Origin: an uncultured Clostridia bacterium
Lineage (GTDB): Bacteria; Bacillota; Clostridia; TANB77; CAG-508
Assembly: GCA_934157035.1 (NCBI GenBank)
Contig: CAKPHG010000004.1
Span: 53,594-117,593 of the forward strand
Length of the DNA: 64,000 bases
Direction: 5' to 3'
Shown: positions 41,682 through 52,839 of the stretch, piece after piece
Position numbering within the stretch: the first letter of the stretch is position 1
Layout of the letters: the number at the start of each line of letters is the position of its first letter
Notes under the pieces: generated by a model
Seen by the model: only the letters and a program-made list of their open reading frames with translations
Database searches by the model: none
What the model was told of the DNA's origin: nothing
Program-made: the position numbers and the translations under genes

Positions 41682-44414
41682 TTATTCGTCTTTTGTTGTA
41701 TTTATTCTTAATAATTTAAATATTTCTACTATAACAAGTGGAGCAAATACAAGTGCTATTGTTTCAATTATATTAGCTGTTGGTAAAACTGGTATACTAA
41801 ATACTTCTCTTAAGAATGGTACAAATAGTATTACCAACATAAGTGCTGCTGACACTGCAATAGCTAATAATAAATATTTATTAGTTAAAGCTTTTGTTTT
41901 AAATATTGATTTTTTGTTATTTCTTACGTTAAATACATGAACAAGTTCTGATAGTGCTAAAACTGTAAATGCCATTGTTTGGCCTATTTCTACTTTTATT
42001 TCTTGCACACTTAATCCTTCTATTTGTGGAAGTTCAGCTTCTGGTGTAGCTAATCCTATAATAAATGCTGCAAGTGTTAATAATCCTATCATTACTCCTT
42101 GGTATATTACTCTCCATGTCATTCCTTTTGTAAATATTCCTTTTCCGCTTTTTAAAGGCTTTCTTTCCATTATATCTTCTTCTGCTGGATCTACTGCTAG
42201 TGCTAAAGCTGGAAGTGAATCTGTTACTAAGTTTATCCATAATATATGAATTGGAAGTAATGGAACTATTAGGCTAACATCTATTCCAAATTTGCTTGAA
42301 AGCCATGGTGTAATTAATATTGCTACAAATAGAATAATAATTTCTCCTACGTTGCTAGATAATAAATATTGTATTGCTTTTAATATATTGTCATATATAC
42401 GTCTTCCTTCTTCTACTGCTGACACTACTGTTGCAAAGTTATCGTCTGTTAGTATTACATCTGAAGCTTCTTTTGCAACATCTGTTCCTACCATTCCCAT
42501 ACTACAGCCAATATCTGCTGTTTTTAGTGCTGGTGCATCATTTACACCATCACCTGTCATTGCAACTATTTCTCCATTTTTTTGCCATGCTTTTACTATT
42601 CTTACTTTATGCTCTGGTGATACTCTTGCATATACACTATATTTTCTAACATTTTGCTCTAATTCTTCTTGACTCATTTCTTCAAGTTCTGCACCTGTTA
42701 TTGCTTCTTCATCATTTTCCAAAATGCCTAATTGTCTTGCTATTGCTATTGCTGTTATTTTATGATCTCCTGTAATCATAACTGTTTTTATTCCTGCAGT
42801 TTTACATTTTTCTACCGCTTTTCTTGCTTCTTCTCTTGGTGGATCTATCATTCCAACCATTCCAACAAATATCAAATCATTTTCTATATTTTTCATCTCT
42901 TCTTTTGTTGGCATATGATCCATTTCTTTATAAGCCATTCCAAGTACTCTTAAAGCATCTTGTGCCATCGCTTCGTTATTTCTTGCTATTGTTTCTTTAT
43001 ATTCTTCTAGGTTGTTTTCTATTTTTCCATCTAAAATGTAAGCTTTACATCTTGCAAGTACTTCGTCTATTCCACCTTTTGTATAAATAAAATATGTTTT
43101 TCCAGCTTTATGAACTGTTGTCATTAATTTTCTATCTGAATCAAATGGAATTTCCTCTACTCTTGGATATTCTTCATATAAAGCTGGTGGAAAATCTAAC
43201 TCAAATCCCATATCTACTAATGCTGTTTCTGTTGGATCTCCCGTTAAAGTGTTGTCTGAAGCTACTTTTGTATCATTGCAAAGCATGCTTATATATACTA
43301 ATTTTTTTAATTCTTCATTGTTATTGTTTACTTTTGCATTTTCTACATTTTGTAAAATATCATCGTAAAATACTTTTTGTACTGTCATTTTGTTTTGTGT
43401 TAATGTTCCTGTTTTGTCTGAACATATAACTGTTGCACTACCCAAAGTTTCTACTGCAGGAAGTTTTTTTACAATAGCGTTTTTCTTTACCATTCTTTGA
43501 ACACCTATTGCTAAAACTATTGTTGAAACTGCTGCTAAGCCTTCTGGTATAGCTGCTACCGCCAAACTTACAGCTGTCATAAACATTTCTAATGCATCTT
43601 TTCCTATAGCTATTCCTATAATAAAAATAACTATACATATAAGAACTGCTGCTATTCCTAATGTTTTTCCTAATTTATTTAATTTTTCTTGAAGTGGTGT
43701 ATCTGTGCTTTCTACACCAGTTATTATTTCTGCTATTTTACCTACTTCTGTATTCATTCCTGTTGCTACTACTATTGCTTTTCCTCTACCATAAGTAATT
43801 AAACTAGATGAAAATAACATATTACTTCTATCGCCAATACCTATTTTTTCTTCTTCAATGGTATCTGTATTTTTTTCTACTGGAACAGATTCTCCTGTTA
43901 ATGAAGATTCTTGAGCTTTTAAATTTGCTCCTTCACAAATTCTTAAATCTGCTGGTACATAGTCTCCTGTATCTAGTACAACTATATCTCCTGGCACTAA
44001 TTCCTTTGAAGGTAATACTTCCATTTTTCCATTTCTTATTACTTTCGCTGCATGAGAACTTAATTTTTGCAAAGCCTCTAAAGACTTTTCTGCCTTGTTT
44101 TCTTGTGCTACACCTATTATTGCATTTACTATTACAACTATTAAAATTATAATTGTATCTGTAATTCCTTCTCCTTGTGCAATTCCTACAGCACCTGAAA
44201 TTATTGCTGCAATAATTAAAATTATAATCATGAAATCTTTAAATTGTTCTAGAAATTTAATTATTAAACTTTTCTTTTTCTTAGCTTTTAATTCATTTAA
44301 ACCATATTTTTCTCTTGCTTTTTCTACTTGTTCTTTGTTTAATCCATTTTCGATATTTGTTTCTAATTCTTTTTCTGTTTGTTCAATACTTTTGTTAAAC
44401 CAATTTTCTTCCAA
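41682..44414 (-). CDS. P-type cation-transporting ATPase (type IIA/IIB-like; substrate Ca2+ or Mn2+)
   Basis: 910 aa; CSDKTGTLTQN phosphorylation motif, TGDGVNDAPALK hinge, 10 TM helices; TTG start after AAGGAG RBS. Confidence 0.9.
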   Translation of the reverse strand: MEENWFNKSIEQTEKELETNIENGLNKEQVEKAREKYGLNELKAKKKKSLIIKFLEQFKDFMIIILIIAAIISGAVGIAQGEGITDTIIILIVVIVNAIIGVAQENKAEKSLEALQKLSSHAAKVIRNGKMEVLPSKELVPGDIVVLDTGDYVPADLRICEGANLKAQESSLTGESVPVEKNTDTIEEEKIGIGDRSNMLFSSSLITYGRGKAIVVATGMNTEVGKIAEIITGVESTDTPLQEKLNKLGKTLGIAAVLICIVIFIIGIAIGKDALEMFMTAVSLAVAAIPEGLAAVSTIVLAIGVQRMVKKNAIVKKLPAVETLGSATVICSDKTGTLTQNKMTVQKVFYDDILQNVENAKVNNNNEELKKLVYISMLCNDTKVASDNTLTGDPTETALVDMGFELDFPPALYEEYPRVEEIPFDSDRKLMTTVHKAGKTYFIYTKGGIDEVLARCKAYILDGKIENNLEEYKETIARNNEAMAQDALRVLGMAYKEMDHMPTKEEMKNIENDLIFVGMVGMIDPPREEARKAVEKCKTAGIKTVMITGDHKITAIAIARQLGILENDEEAITGAELEEMSQEELEQNVRKYSVYARVSPEHKVRIVKAWQKNGEIVAMTGDGVNDAPALKTADIGCSMGMVGTDVAKEASDVILTDDNFATVVSAVEEGRRIYDNILKAIQYLLSSNVGEIIILFVAILITPWLSSKFGIDVSLIVPLLPIHILWINLVTDSLPALALAVDPAEEDIMERKPLKSGKGIFTKGMTWRVIYQGVMIGLLTLAAFIIGLATPEAELPQIEGLSVQEIKVEIGQTMAFTVLALSELVHVFNVRNNKKSIFKTKALTNKYLLLAIAVSAALMLVILFVPFLREVFSIPVLPTANIIETIALVFAPLVIVEIFKLLRINTTKDE

Positions 44415-44544
44415 TTTTCATTTCTCCTTTTTATTATTTTTTCCATTTTTTTGTTTAATAGTCCATTTTTTCTAAACTTTCTTCATCTCCTTTTAACATT
44501 TTTCTCAAAAGTACATTATACTTTTTCGAATAATTACCTTTTAG

Positions 44545-44690
44545 TAAAATAAAAAATAAGACTCCTAAAGAAAACACTACATTTACATGTACTCCTTTCT
44601 TTAAAAGTCTTGCTTACCTTAAAGGTTACTAACCATGCATTTTCTGCCGAGATGTTGATTAGTAGTTTATAAGCTACTCCCCTTTAAATT
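44545..44690 (-). ncRNA. candidate yybP-ykoY (Mn2+) riboswitch with terminator-type expression platform in the P-type ATPase leader
   Basis: Minus strand: AAAGGGGAGUAGC followed by hairpin AGUAGCUUAUAAACUACU, then GCAAGAC shared with a terminator hairpin (plus 44558..44611) and a U-run. Assignment from memory of the GGGGAGUAG consensus; not verified. Confidence 0.35.
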
Positions 44691-44747
44691 TTTTATTATT
44701 TTACCATTTGTTTTTTATTTTGGCAAGTCATTTTTACTTTTTTTACT

Positions 44748-44775
44748 TGAAAGTATTTTTTATATGTTATATAAT
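44748..44775 (+). promoter_or_regulatory. promoter (TTGAAA-16-TATAAT) for the tRNA-Gly-like gene
   Basis: TTGAAA 44748..44753, TATAAT 44770..44775, about 16 nt before the tRNA 5' end. Confidence 0.45.
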
Positions 44776-44791
44776 ATGTTTAGTTTCATTT

Positions 44792-44865
<74 letters not shown>

Positions 44866-44985
44866 TTTAAAATCAACTTACGGACTTAATTGTTCGTAAG
44901 TTTTTTTATAATAGATAATATCAAAAAAGAGGAAAAAATTATAAAAACGATAAAGACAATATCATCTAAACGTTGTCTTTATCAT

Positions 44986-46397
44986 TTAATTATTATCTGT
45001 TAATTTATTAAACAAATCCTTAAATATTTCGTTTGCATTTAAATAATTAACAAATTTAATTCTATGCCTGTTTTCGGTTAGTTTAAAAGTATTATCAGTA
45101 TTTATAAGTGGACAACTAACATCCATTGTATTAAACCAATTTTTATTTATCATATATGCTATTACACTAATATCCCATAGTGGCCATCTTTTAGTAGGAC
45201 CATAGGCTCTATTATAAAATCTATAGCATAAATAATCACATAATTCGTTTTTGCCTTTTAATTCACTTTCTAATTCGTATATTGATGTCATTAGATTCGA
45301 TGTTATAGGAGAACAAGGCATAACAGTAAGTTTAACTTTCGATTCAAAAACTACTTTTACCGCTTCTACATCTTGATCAAAATTGAAATCTTTATTAGGT
45401 CCAAATAAAAAATTACTTCCTAACCATATAATTTCTATCTTATCAACAATATCTGGGTTAGATTTTAATGCTAATGCTATATTTGTTAAACACCCTATTG
45501 CTAATATATATGTTTTTTTATTTTTGTTAGCAATTTCAATTATTTTATTAATGGCTGAATTTTTTTCATTATATCCATTTTTTAAATAATCACGGGAACC
45601 TTTATATATAAGTGATTTATCCTTTAATCCTAATAAATCAAATACTTTACATGCTTCATTGTAACTGGCATCTATAGAATCAGAAACTGTTCCTTGCCAT
45701 TTTTCATGTCTAAAAGGTGCTATTGTTATAGCGTCAATGTTGAATATTTCTTTGCTTTTTAGTAAATAAGATAATGCGAATTGGTCATCTGCTTCATTAT
45801 ATGTATCTGTATTCAAAATTACATTATATTTTTTTCACAGATTAAACTATATATTTCTTTCCATCCGTTTACTATTGGAATATTTAAATTATATTTCTCA
45901 TTATATCTTGTTTTCATTAAAAAACATTCTATTCCTGCGTTTAATATGTATTTACATTTATCTGCTTCATCATCAAACATAATATCAATACTATTTTCAA
46001 TACATTCTGGACTTTTATCTCTGCTTTTTGTAAATACTAATTTATCATATTTTATACCTTTTTCATTTAACCAATTTATAGTTACTAATTCATGGTTTTT
46101 AAAAAAATAATTTGATCTGTGTGTTATTAAAAATATCTCATTTTCTTCATATAATTTATTAATATATTTCTTAGCTCCTTCTATTAAATCAAATTTTTCA
46201 GCCATTCTATCCATATTATTGCGGATAAAATCTTCTATTTCCTCTGGGCTCCAATCAAACATTCCTTCAGTAATGTGTTTAGCTTTTTTGTTTATAATTC
46301 CTTTATTTCTTTTATTTTTATCTTCTTTTTCAAATTCTTCTAAAAATGTTTTATCTAAATCTGCTATTACATTATCAATATCTATTCCAATTCTCAT
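44986..46397 (-). pseudogene. 5'(3')-deoxyribonucleotidase-nucleoside hydrolase fusion gene interrupted by a -1/+1 frameshift in an A7 tract (ORFs 45819..46397 and 44986..45816)
   Basis: Upstream ORF = HAD dNT (MRIGIDIDNV...). Downstream ORF = IU-nucleoside hydrolase starting in mid-motif (NTDTYNEADDQFAL). The intact paralog 54834..56264 reads through the same junction (…KNYKKEKFNVILDTDTYNECDD). The shifted frame across plus 45829..45835 (T7) reconstructs KKYNVILNTDTYNE. Confidence 0.7.
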
Positions 46398-46579
46398 ATA
46401 ACAACCTCCAGTATAAAATTAAGTTTTAATCTATAAAAATTATACATTATATTACAATTTTTTTCCACACTTCCTTGAAAAAATCAGCATGAGTATTTCT
46501 ATATAGGTAATTTAGCAAATAAAATACCACTCCTAATACTTCAAACACATAATACAACTTATTTTAAACCTCTTTTTTA

Positions 46580-46608
46580 TTTACATAATAGCCAAAATGT
46601 GGTATAAT
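46580..46608 (+). promoter_or_regulatory. promoter TTTACA-17-TGgTATAAT (extended -10) for the GC-rich orphan gene
   Basis: TTTACA 46580..46585, TATAAT 46603..46608, TG at -15/-14. Shares AAAATGTGGTAyAAT with promoters at 61191..61219 and 60742..60770. Confidence 0.5.
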
Positions 46609-46695
46609 ATTTTTGGTTGATTTCTCAGAAAATGAGGAAAAATTTCTTAGTTAGTATTTGTTGCATTATAATTAAAGCATAAGGAGGAAAACAAT

Positions 46696-47748
46696 ATGCA
46701 ATATCAAGAAAGCGTCAGAATTCAAAGATGTGGTAACCGTGCAGGAGATACCTATGGACTGATTGAACTTCAACATATGGCAGATCCTAAATCAGTAATT
46801 GTGTCTCTTTGTGGGCAAAGGCTTTATCCGAAAAAATTCAATATCTTCGGTTGGCCGATATTTACAAAGGAAATCTGTGACCTTTTTGACTGGAAAGAGA
46901 ACTCTCTTGAAAGAATATATGGAAAAGATTACAGACTTACAGCATTAGTTACGTATGATAGTGCAAATGTCCACATCGACCCGCATGCAGTTAATTCTTT
47001 GGATGGAATTAAAAACGGAATCAAAGACCTTGAGTCTTTGAATAGATTACTCAGAGATAGAGTGATTTATGATAAGCTTTTAGGTAGGGGCAAACTCAAC
47101 AAGTATGTTATTTTTGGTAGATATAGCCTTGATGAATTTGCCCAGGTATGGACACTGGGTGAGCAATATGAAATCCCTGAAATGCCTATCGTTTGTACTC
47201 AAATCGGGTTCTATAGAGCTTACAATAAAGTAAAGCCTGATGCACTTGTATCTTGGGAAGGCAGATGCACTATTCCTTCTGAAGATGATAGTTGTCCTTG
47301 GTGTACCAAAAAATTTACTATTGAAGATGTAAGAAAAGGAAGATTTGACACTATCAATGGTAAAGTCGCCCATAGCGAATGTGCAAAGCAGTATGAACAT
47401 GAAAGGGAGATTAACAAAATTATTCATCGAATTATGGAATTTATCTATGAAGATGGATTAACCTTTGAACTTCTTCCTAATGGCTATTGTAGTCAACCGT
47501 GTTATGCTCATAAGCCTTGGTTTTTGTGTCATACTCCTGATGGTGACATCGAAATCGGCTGGAGAAAAAGAGTTATTTCTATTGAATGGAAAGATAATTT
47601 CAAACCTTTCGATATGAGTATTTTTGACAGCGAAGATGTTACTAAATGGGAGCGTGGCATTCACGCGTGGGGAAATGACAAAGCATATGAGTATATTAAA
47701 AAGGTAAAGGAATTTGTTAATCCTAAACCTGAAGAGAAAAAATCGTAA
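46696..47748 (+). CDS. hypothetical 350-aa protein, compositionally foreign (~40 % GC), with CxxC...HxxC putative zinc-binding element
   Basis: Strong AAGGAGG RBS; GC visibly higher than flanks; CPWC(x29)HSEC and further conserved Cys/His; no family recognised; own GC-rich hairpin terminator. Confidence 0.6.
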   Translation: MQYQESVRIQRCGNRAGDTYGLIELQHMADPKSVIVSLCGQRLYPKKFNIFGWPIFTKEICDLFDWKENSLERIYGKDYRLTALVTYDSANVHIDPHAVNSLDGIKNGIKDLESLNRLLRDRVIYDKLLGRGKLNKYVIFGRYSLDEFAQVWTLGEQYEIPEMPIVCTQIGFYRAYNKVKPDALVSWEGRCTIPSEDDSCPWCTKKFTIEDVRKGRFDTINGKVAHSECAKQYEHEREINKIIHRIMEFIYEDGLTFELLPNGYCSQPCYAHKPWFLCHTPDGDIEIGWRKRVISIEWKDNFKPFDMSIFDSEDVTKWERGIHAWGNDKAYEYIKKVKEFVNPKPEEKKS

Positions 47749-47775
47749 AAGCAACATTACTAAGAAATTCAGCTG

Positions 47776-47820
47776 AAAAAGGCCACTAGATAATTCTAGT
47801 GGCCTTGACCTTTGGTTTTA
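47776..47820 (+). terminator. GC-rich hairpin terminator (GGCCACTAGA-taat-TCTAGTGGCC)
   Basis: Perfect 10-bp GC-rich stem at 47781..47804 directly after the stop of 46696..47748. Confidence 0.55.
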
Positions 47821-47868
47821 TAATGTTATACCATTTAAATATAATATATTTTTATATTTTCTATTTTT

Positions 47869-48420
47869 TCACCTATTTTCATAATTTCGAATGCTAATTT
47901 CTTTTATCATTTCTCCTGGATAATCATATAATGCTAATCTATCAAATTCTAAATAGAATGGCTTAAAACTATCCTTAATTGTGTTTTTCAATTCTAAAAT
48001 CTTATCATAATCTTTATCTATATGTAGAGTTAAATGAAACGTAAATTTCTCTGGATTATATTTTTCTTTTGGAAATTTATTAAAAAAGATTCTTTGTAAT
48101 TCTTTTATTTTCTCATTATCTTCTATTGCTAAATATAAAACAAAACTCTCATTTCTACATTTCATTATCTTAACATCATTTACTTTAACCTTTATCTTAC
48201 CCATCTCTATTTTTTGAGCTATATTTATTATTTCATTTTCATTTTCTTTGTTAGTTGCAAAAATAGTAAAGTGATATGGTAAATTATCAATATTGTATCT
48301 ATTCTCATCAATACCATAAGGAACTTTGCAAGTCTTTATTTGTATATTGTTCATTAACTTTTCTATCTTATTTAATTCTGTTTTATTCATAAAACTTATC
48401 ATCGTAATTCTCTTACTCAT
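47869..48420 (-). CDS. 2H phosphoesterase superfamily protein (LigT/ThpR-like 2'-5' RNA ligase / cyclic phosphodiesterase)
   Basis: Two HxT/S motifs: PYHFTIFAT and FHLTLHID, spaced ~80 aa apart in a ~180-aa protein. Confidence 0.65.
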   Translation of the reverse strand: MSKRITMISFMNKTELNKIEKLMNNIQIKTCKVPYGIDENRYNIDNLPYHFTIFATNKENENEIINIAQKIEMGKIKVKVNDVKIMKCRNESFVLYLAIEDNEKIKELQRIFFNKFPKEKYNPEKFTFHLTLHIDKDYDKILELKNTIKDSFKPFYLEFDRLALYDYPGEMIKEISIRNYENR

Positions 48421-48795
48421 TTAACACCACTACTTTCACCAACTTTATTTATATTAGTTTCTTTCTATATTTTTAATAAAAAAATCATCTTCTTCATTAA
48501 AGTGTATATCTATATCAAGACTCTTTTCATGCTTAGATGCAGCACTAGTTAGTTTATCTTTTATATTTTAAAGTATCGTCTATATATTCCTATCTTTATG
48601 TATATTATCCAAACTTTTACTAATTGTCAATAGTTTTAGTATTGCTCTTTTATGAAAAATGTTTATCATATAAATGAAATACATTATTTCCTATATTTAC
48701 TAATTAGTGAAGGAATTATCCTCTCACTTTTGGTTTTAACATATATAACAAGAAAACATAAAAAACGACAATGCCGATTAAGCATTGTCGTTTTT

Positions 48796-49996
48796 TTATG
48801 GTTTTTCTAGTTTATACATTATTCTAGCATATATAGGTATAGAAATAGTAACTATCAATAATAATAATTTAAAGTATATAACATTATTCAACAAGCCTAC
48901 CAATAGCATTAGTATAAATCCTATTATTCTTCCTATTTCCATAAAACCTTCTGTGAAAGTATGATATTCTACTAACCATTTTTCTATATTATTTTCTTTA
49001 ACTGCATCATCTGATTTAATTTTAAACATAACTTCTAAAATATATACAGTTATGCTATATGTAAAATTATAAATTATTAATGTTGTTTTGCTTATATTTA
49101 ATATTAATCCTAATACACCTAACACTACTAATGTAGCACAAAAAATCAATAATCTTTTTGCATATTTTTTTTTGATATAATTTATTAAATAAATATAGTG
49201 ATATCATAGAAAATATAGAGAATATAGTTGTTAATATTCCAAAATTAAATGATGTTTTAAAAGTCATAATTGTTATTATAACTACTAATACTCGTATTGT
49301 ATCCATCATAATTCCATATAAAAAGGCTAATTTATAAACTTTATTTATATTCTCTTTTTGTTTGCTAGATAAACTGGTTGTATATTTTTTTAAACTATAT
49401 TTTTGAATTTTATCGTCAATAACAAATTTGTTAGTATCTATTTGTAATGACATTATTATTTGGAATAAAGTTAATACAAATATATATATTGCTATGTTTC
49501 CAAAAGATGTTAATTCTATAGAGGTTCCTAATATTATAGGAACTAATATATTGATAAATTTACTTAAAATTCTTTTTGTTGTCATATATTTTTTTCGGTT
49601 TTCATTATCGACTATTTGTGTATTCATTACATCATGTGTTGACTAGTATAAAGCTTCTGCAATGCCATAAAAGATTGCAAAAATTATAAAATATTGACTT
49701 ATTTTATCTTTGAACAATACTATTAATAATATATAAATCGATTTGATTATAATACCAAATCGATAAATTGAAACTTTTTTTTTAGGTTTGCTTTTGATTA
49801 TATTACCTAATAAAATACTTCCTACACCTAATAGTAAATATAAAATTATATAAAATGTTGAAACTTGTATTATATTTTCATTAGAAATTTGTAAAAAATA
49901 TGCTACTAAAAAAGTTTCGCCAAATAAATTTATAATACCGTTGGTTAGGTCACATGCCATTAATGACTTTGCACTTCTATCTAATTTAGTTTTCAT
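48796..49996 (-). pseudogene. MFS transporter pseudogene broken into three frames (49643..49996, 49067..49627, 48796..49149); paralog of 25778..27100
   Basis: Fragments align consecutively to the intact MFS (e.g. KKVSIYRFGIIIKSIYILLIVLFKDKI vs KIKLYRFGTIIKALYIFMIIVMGDKI); frames switch and overlap. Confidence 0.7.
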
Positions 49997-50093
49997 TTTT
50001 ATTTTCCTTTCAAATAAAATTCCATTTTATTATACATTATATTACAAATTTCTTCCATTCCCTTTTGAAAATATATAGGAATGAGAATTATTA

Positions 50094-51350
50094 TTACTTA
50101 TATTCTTTTAATTGTATTTCAGTTATTTTTTTATTTAACAACATGTTCATTATAAAATCCGAGATAATATAACATATCCAAACTCCATATATACCGCAGA
50201 CTTTACTTAACAAATATGCTAAAATTAGTCTTAATCCTCCGCTTATAAATAAACTTAATTTTGAAATATATTTAAATTCTTTCATTGCTCGTAATATACT
50301 AGTATAATAATGATAAAATCCCATTAAAATACAATCTAATATAACAAATAATAATAGTTTATAACCTATTATTAAACTTTCTTTTTCAATTAAAAAAAAT
50401 GGTAAAGAAATTAACATTGCAACCCCAACGATTGAAGTAGTTATATATACTATTTTTTTATTTATATTATTTATAACTTTAGTTGTCTCGTTAACTTTTT
50501 CATTATCATTACTTCCAATTGATGTTGCAACCATAGTTTGTGTACCTATACCTGTTCCATGTAAGAAATTATTCATTAAATCTAAAAATTGCATTACAAT
50601 TATATGTGCAGCATATTGAAGCGTACCAATCCTAGACATAATAACATTTAAAATAAAATTACTTCCTCTTTTAAAGATTCTTTCATAAATATTATATCGT
50701 ATTAAATCAAATTCCTCTTTTGCTATACTTTTTACAAATTTAATTTTTACTAATCTTTTTGAATAATAAATCAATACTACCATATTTATTATTTCTACCA
50801 ATACAGTTGAAATCGCTACACCTGTAATTCCAAAACCAAGTTTAACAAAAATAAAATCAAGAATGACATTAATAAAAAAACAAAGCATTCTGATATTAAA
50901 CATTCTTTTACTATTTCCTAATGTTCTTTGATACCCACCTAATATTGTTAGAATTGTATTAGGCATAACTCCAATCAGTCTTATATATAAATATACTAAA
51001 CCAATTTCATTAACTAGGAACATTTTTGGAATAAATTTACTTATACTTAATGTTAAAATTATACAAATTAAACTACAAATTACAGCAATTATTAAAGCTG
51101 TTCCTACAGCATTTTTTGCCTGGTCTTTATCGTTTTTTCCTAATAACCTAGCCACTATGACATTATTAGAAACATTTATTGATTGTAATACCAAATACAT
51201 AAAATCTATAACTGTTCCCATTGCTCCAACAGATGCTATTATTTCAGAACCAAACTGTGATATCATAAATGTATCTGTCATAGTAATTAAAACACCAACT
51301 ATACATTCAAATCCAGATGGGAGTGCTAAATCTAAATACTCTTTTTTCAT
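50094..51350 (-). CDS. MATE-family efflux transporter
   Basis: 418 aa, 12 TM, MATE-like N-terminal motif (LALPSGFECIVGVLITMTDTFMISQFG). Confidence 0.85.
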   Translation of the reverse strand: MKKEYLDLALPSGFECIVGVLITMTDTFMISQFGSEIIASVGAMGTVIDFMYLVLQSINVSNNVIVARLLGKNDKDQAKNAVGTALIIAVICSLICIILTLSISKFIPKMFLVNEIGLVYLYIRLIGVMPNTILTILGGYQRTLGNSKRMFNIRMLCFFINVILDFIFVKLGFGITGVAISTVLVEIINMVVLIYYSKRLVKIKFVKSIAKEEFDLIRYNIYERIFKRGSNFILNVIMSRIGTLQYAAHIIVMQFLDLMNNFLHGTGIGTQTMVATSIGSNDNEKVNETTKVINNINKKIVYITTSIVGVAMLISLPFFLIEKESLIIGYKLLLFVILDCILMGFYHYYTSILRAMKEFKYISKLSLFISGGLRLILAYLLSKVCGIYGVWICYIISDFIMNMLLNKKITEIQLKEYK

Positions 51351-51633
51351 TAATTGTTTCTCCTTAATTATTATGAATTGTTGTTTTGCTAAATTGTACT
51401 ATATTTAGACATTTTTTTCTATATTTCTTAAAAATATTTTAAAAAATTATATATAGAGTAAATTTAAAAATTGTTGTTTAACTTGACCGTTTCCACTAAG
51501 GAATCGGCTCTTTTCCTATGTATACGAAAAGTTGGATAGATAACTAATTTTGATAAAAATGTAATAATGTTAACAATTAAAATAAAACAAGTGGATGCAT
51601 TCTACGTTTGCCATCCACTTGTTTTTTATCTAA

Positions 51634-52839
51634 TTATTTATTTGCTTCTATTTTTTTCTTTGCCTCTACTTTTTTAGCCAATTCTAACTTTTTAGCTTCA
51701 TCAATTTGTTTTAGTCCTAGATTTATGAAATATATTATTACAATCCAAGCAATAATAGTCATTGCAATTTGTACTAAATAATATGGAAGTTCAATAGGCA
51801 TATCCCAAATTCCATGTAGTACTACTGGTATTAAACAAATTAGTAAAAATCTTTTATCATTTATATGTTTTTTATCTAATTTATCAAAGCCCTTAACATA
51901 CATTAATGCTGCTCCTTCTATTGCTGCCCAAGCAACGTGTCCACCTGGTGCTAAAAATCCACGTAGTTTAATAATTTCTAGCATCGTTTGTAAACCACCA
52001 CTCATTCCATATCTTAAAATGTATCCTGCTGTTTCAAATGCTGCAAATCCTGCTCCAACTGCTGCACCTACTAATAAACCATTTAGTATATATTTGCTCT
52101 TTTTGCTTTTAAATAAGAAAATTGCAACAATAACAGCTTTAGCAGCTTCCTCAACTAATCCTATTAACAATGCCCCTGTAAAAGTTTGAGTTGTAGCATT
52201 TGTCTCAAAGTATGGTAATGAGAAATATAAAATTGCTAAAATTAGTGATAATGAACCACCCAATACGAAATATTTTATTACTTTATAAAATGGTATATTT
52301 CTGAACAAGTTAATTTCAAAGAAAAATATAAGTATTGTTACTGGTACTGCAAATGCTGCTAACATAACCATAATAGGTAAAAAGTTTGTATTTCCATAAG
52401 TTATAAATCCTATACGCGTTGGAATATATGCAATTAAGAAAAATAATAATATTTTAAAATATACCCATGCACTTGCTTGTTTTGGATTTATATCTTCTAC
52501 TTTTGGAGTTGTTTTTTCTGAACCACAAACAAATACTTCATCTAGTTCTTCTTCTGTATGTTTTTTGAAAGTATTTTTAAATAAATCTTTAAATTTTACA
52601 TAGCTTTCAGATTTAGCACCTGTTATTTTGTCTAAATTTTCAGTTATTATATTTGTTGCGTTCTTTTTATTAATTGGATAACCACATTCAGGACAGTTAA
52701 TTTCATCACCTTTTAATTTTGCACCACATTCAGGGCATGTTTGTAAATTAATTTTTACACCACAATGTGGGCATGTTTTAGCACTTGATGATATACTTTC
52801 TCCACATTCACTACATTTTATTAATGCCATATTATGCAC
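51634..52839 (-). CDS. triple zinc-ribbon N-terminal domain fused to PrsW-family intramembrane glutamic-type protease
   Basis: Three CxxC-x(n)-CxxC ribbons (CSECG...CPHCG; CPECG...CPECG). Membrane domain with EExxK (GLVEEAAKA), FxxxE (FAAFETAGY) and HxxxW/A motifs of PrsW. Confidence 0.7.
   Translation of the reverse strand: MHNMALIKCSECGESISSSAKTCPHCGVKINLQTCPECGAKLKGDEINCPECGYPINKKNATNIITENLDKITGAKSESYVKFKDLFKNTFKKHTEEELDEVFVCGSEKTTPKVEDINPKQASAWVYFKILLFFLIAYIPTRIGFITYGNTNFLPIMVMLAAFAVPVTILIFFFEINLFRNIPFYKVIKYFVLGGSLSLILAILYFSLPYFETNATTQTFTGALLIGLVEEAAKAVIVAIFLFKSKKSKYILNGLLVGAAVGAGFAAFETAGYILRYGMSGGLQTMLEIIKLRGFLAPGGHVAWAAIEGAALMYVKGFDKLDKKHINDKRFLLICLIPVVLHGIWDMPIELPYYLVQIAMTIIAWIVIIYFINLGLKQIDEAKKLELAKKVEAKKKIEANK

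Noticed and set aside
47080-47757. Three antisense ORFs (47080..47427, 47220..47417, 47458..47757) inside the GC-rich gene
   Set aside because: Raised GC lowers stop-codon density on the opposite strand; there is no RBS and the sense ORF is far more convincing.
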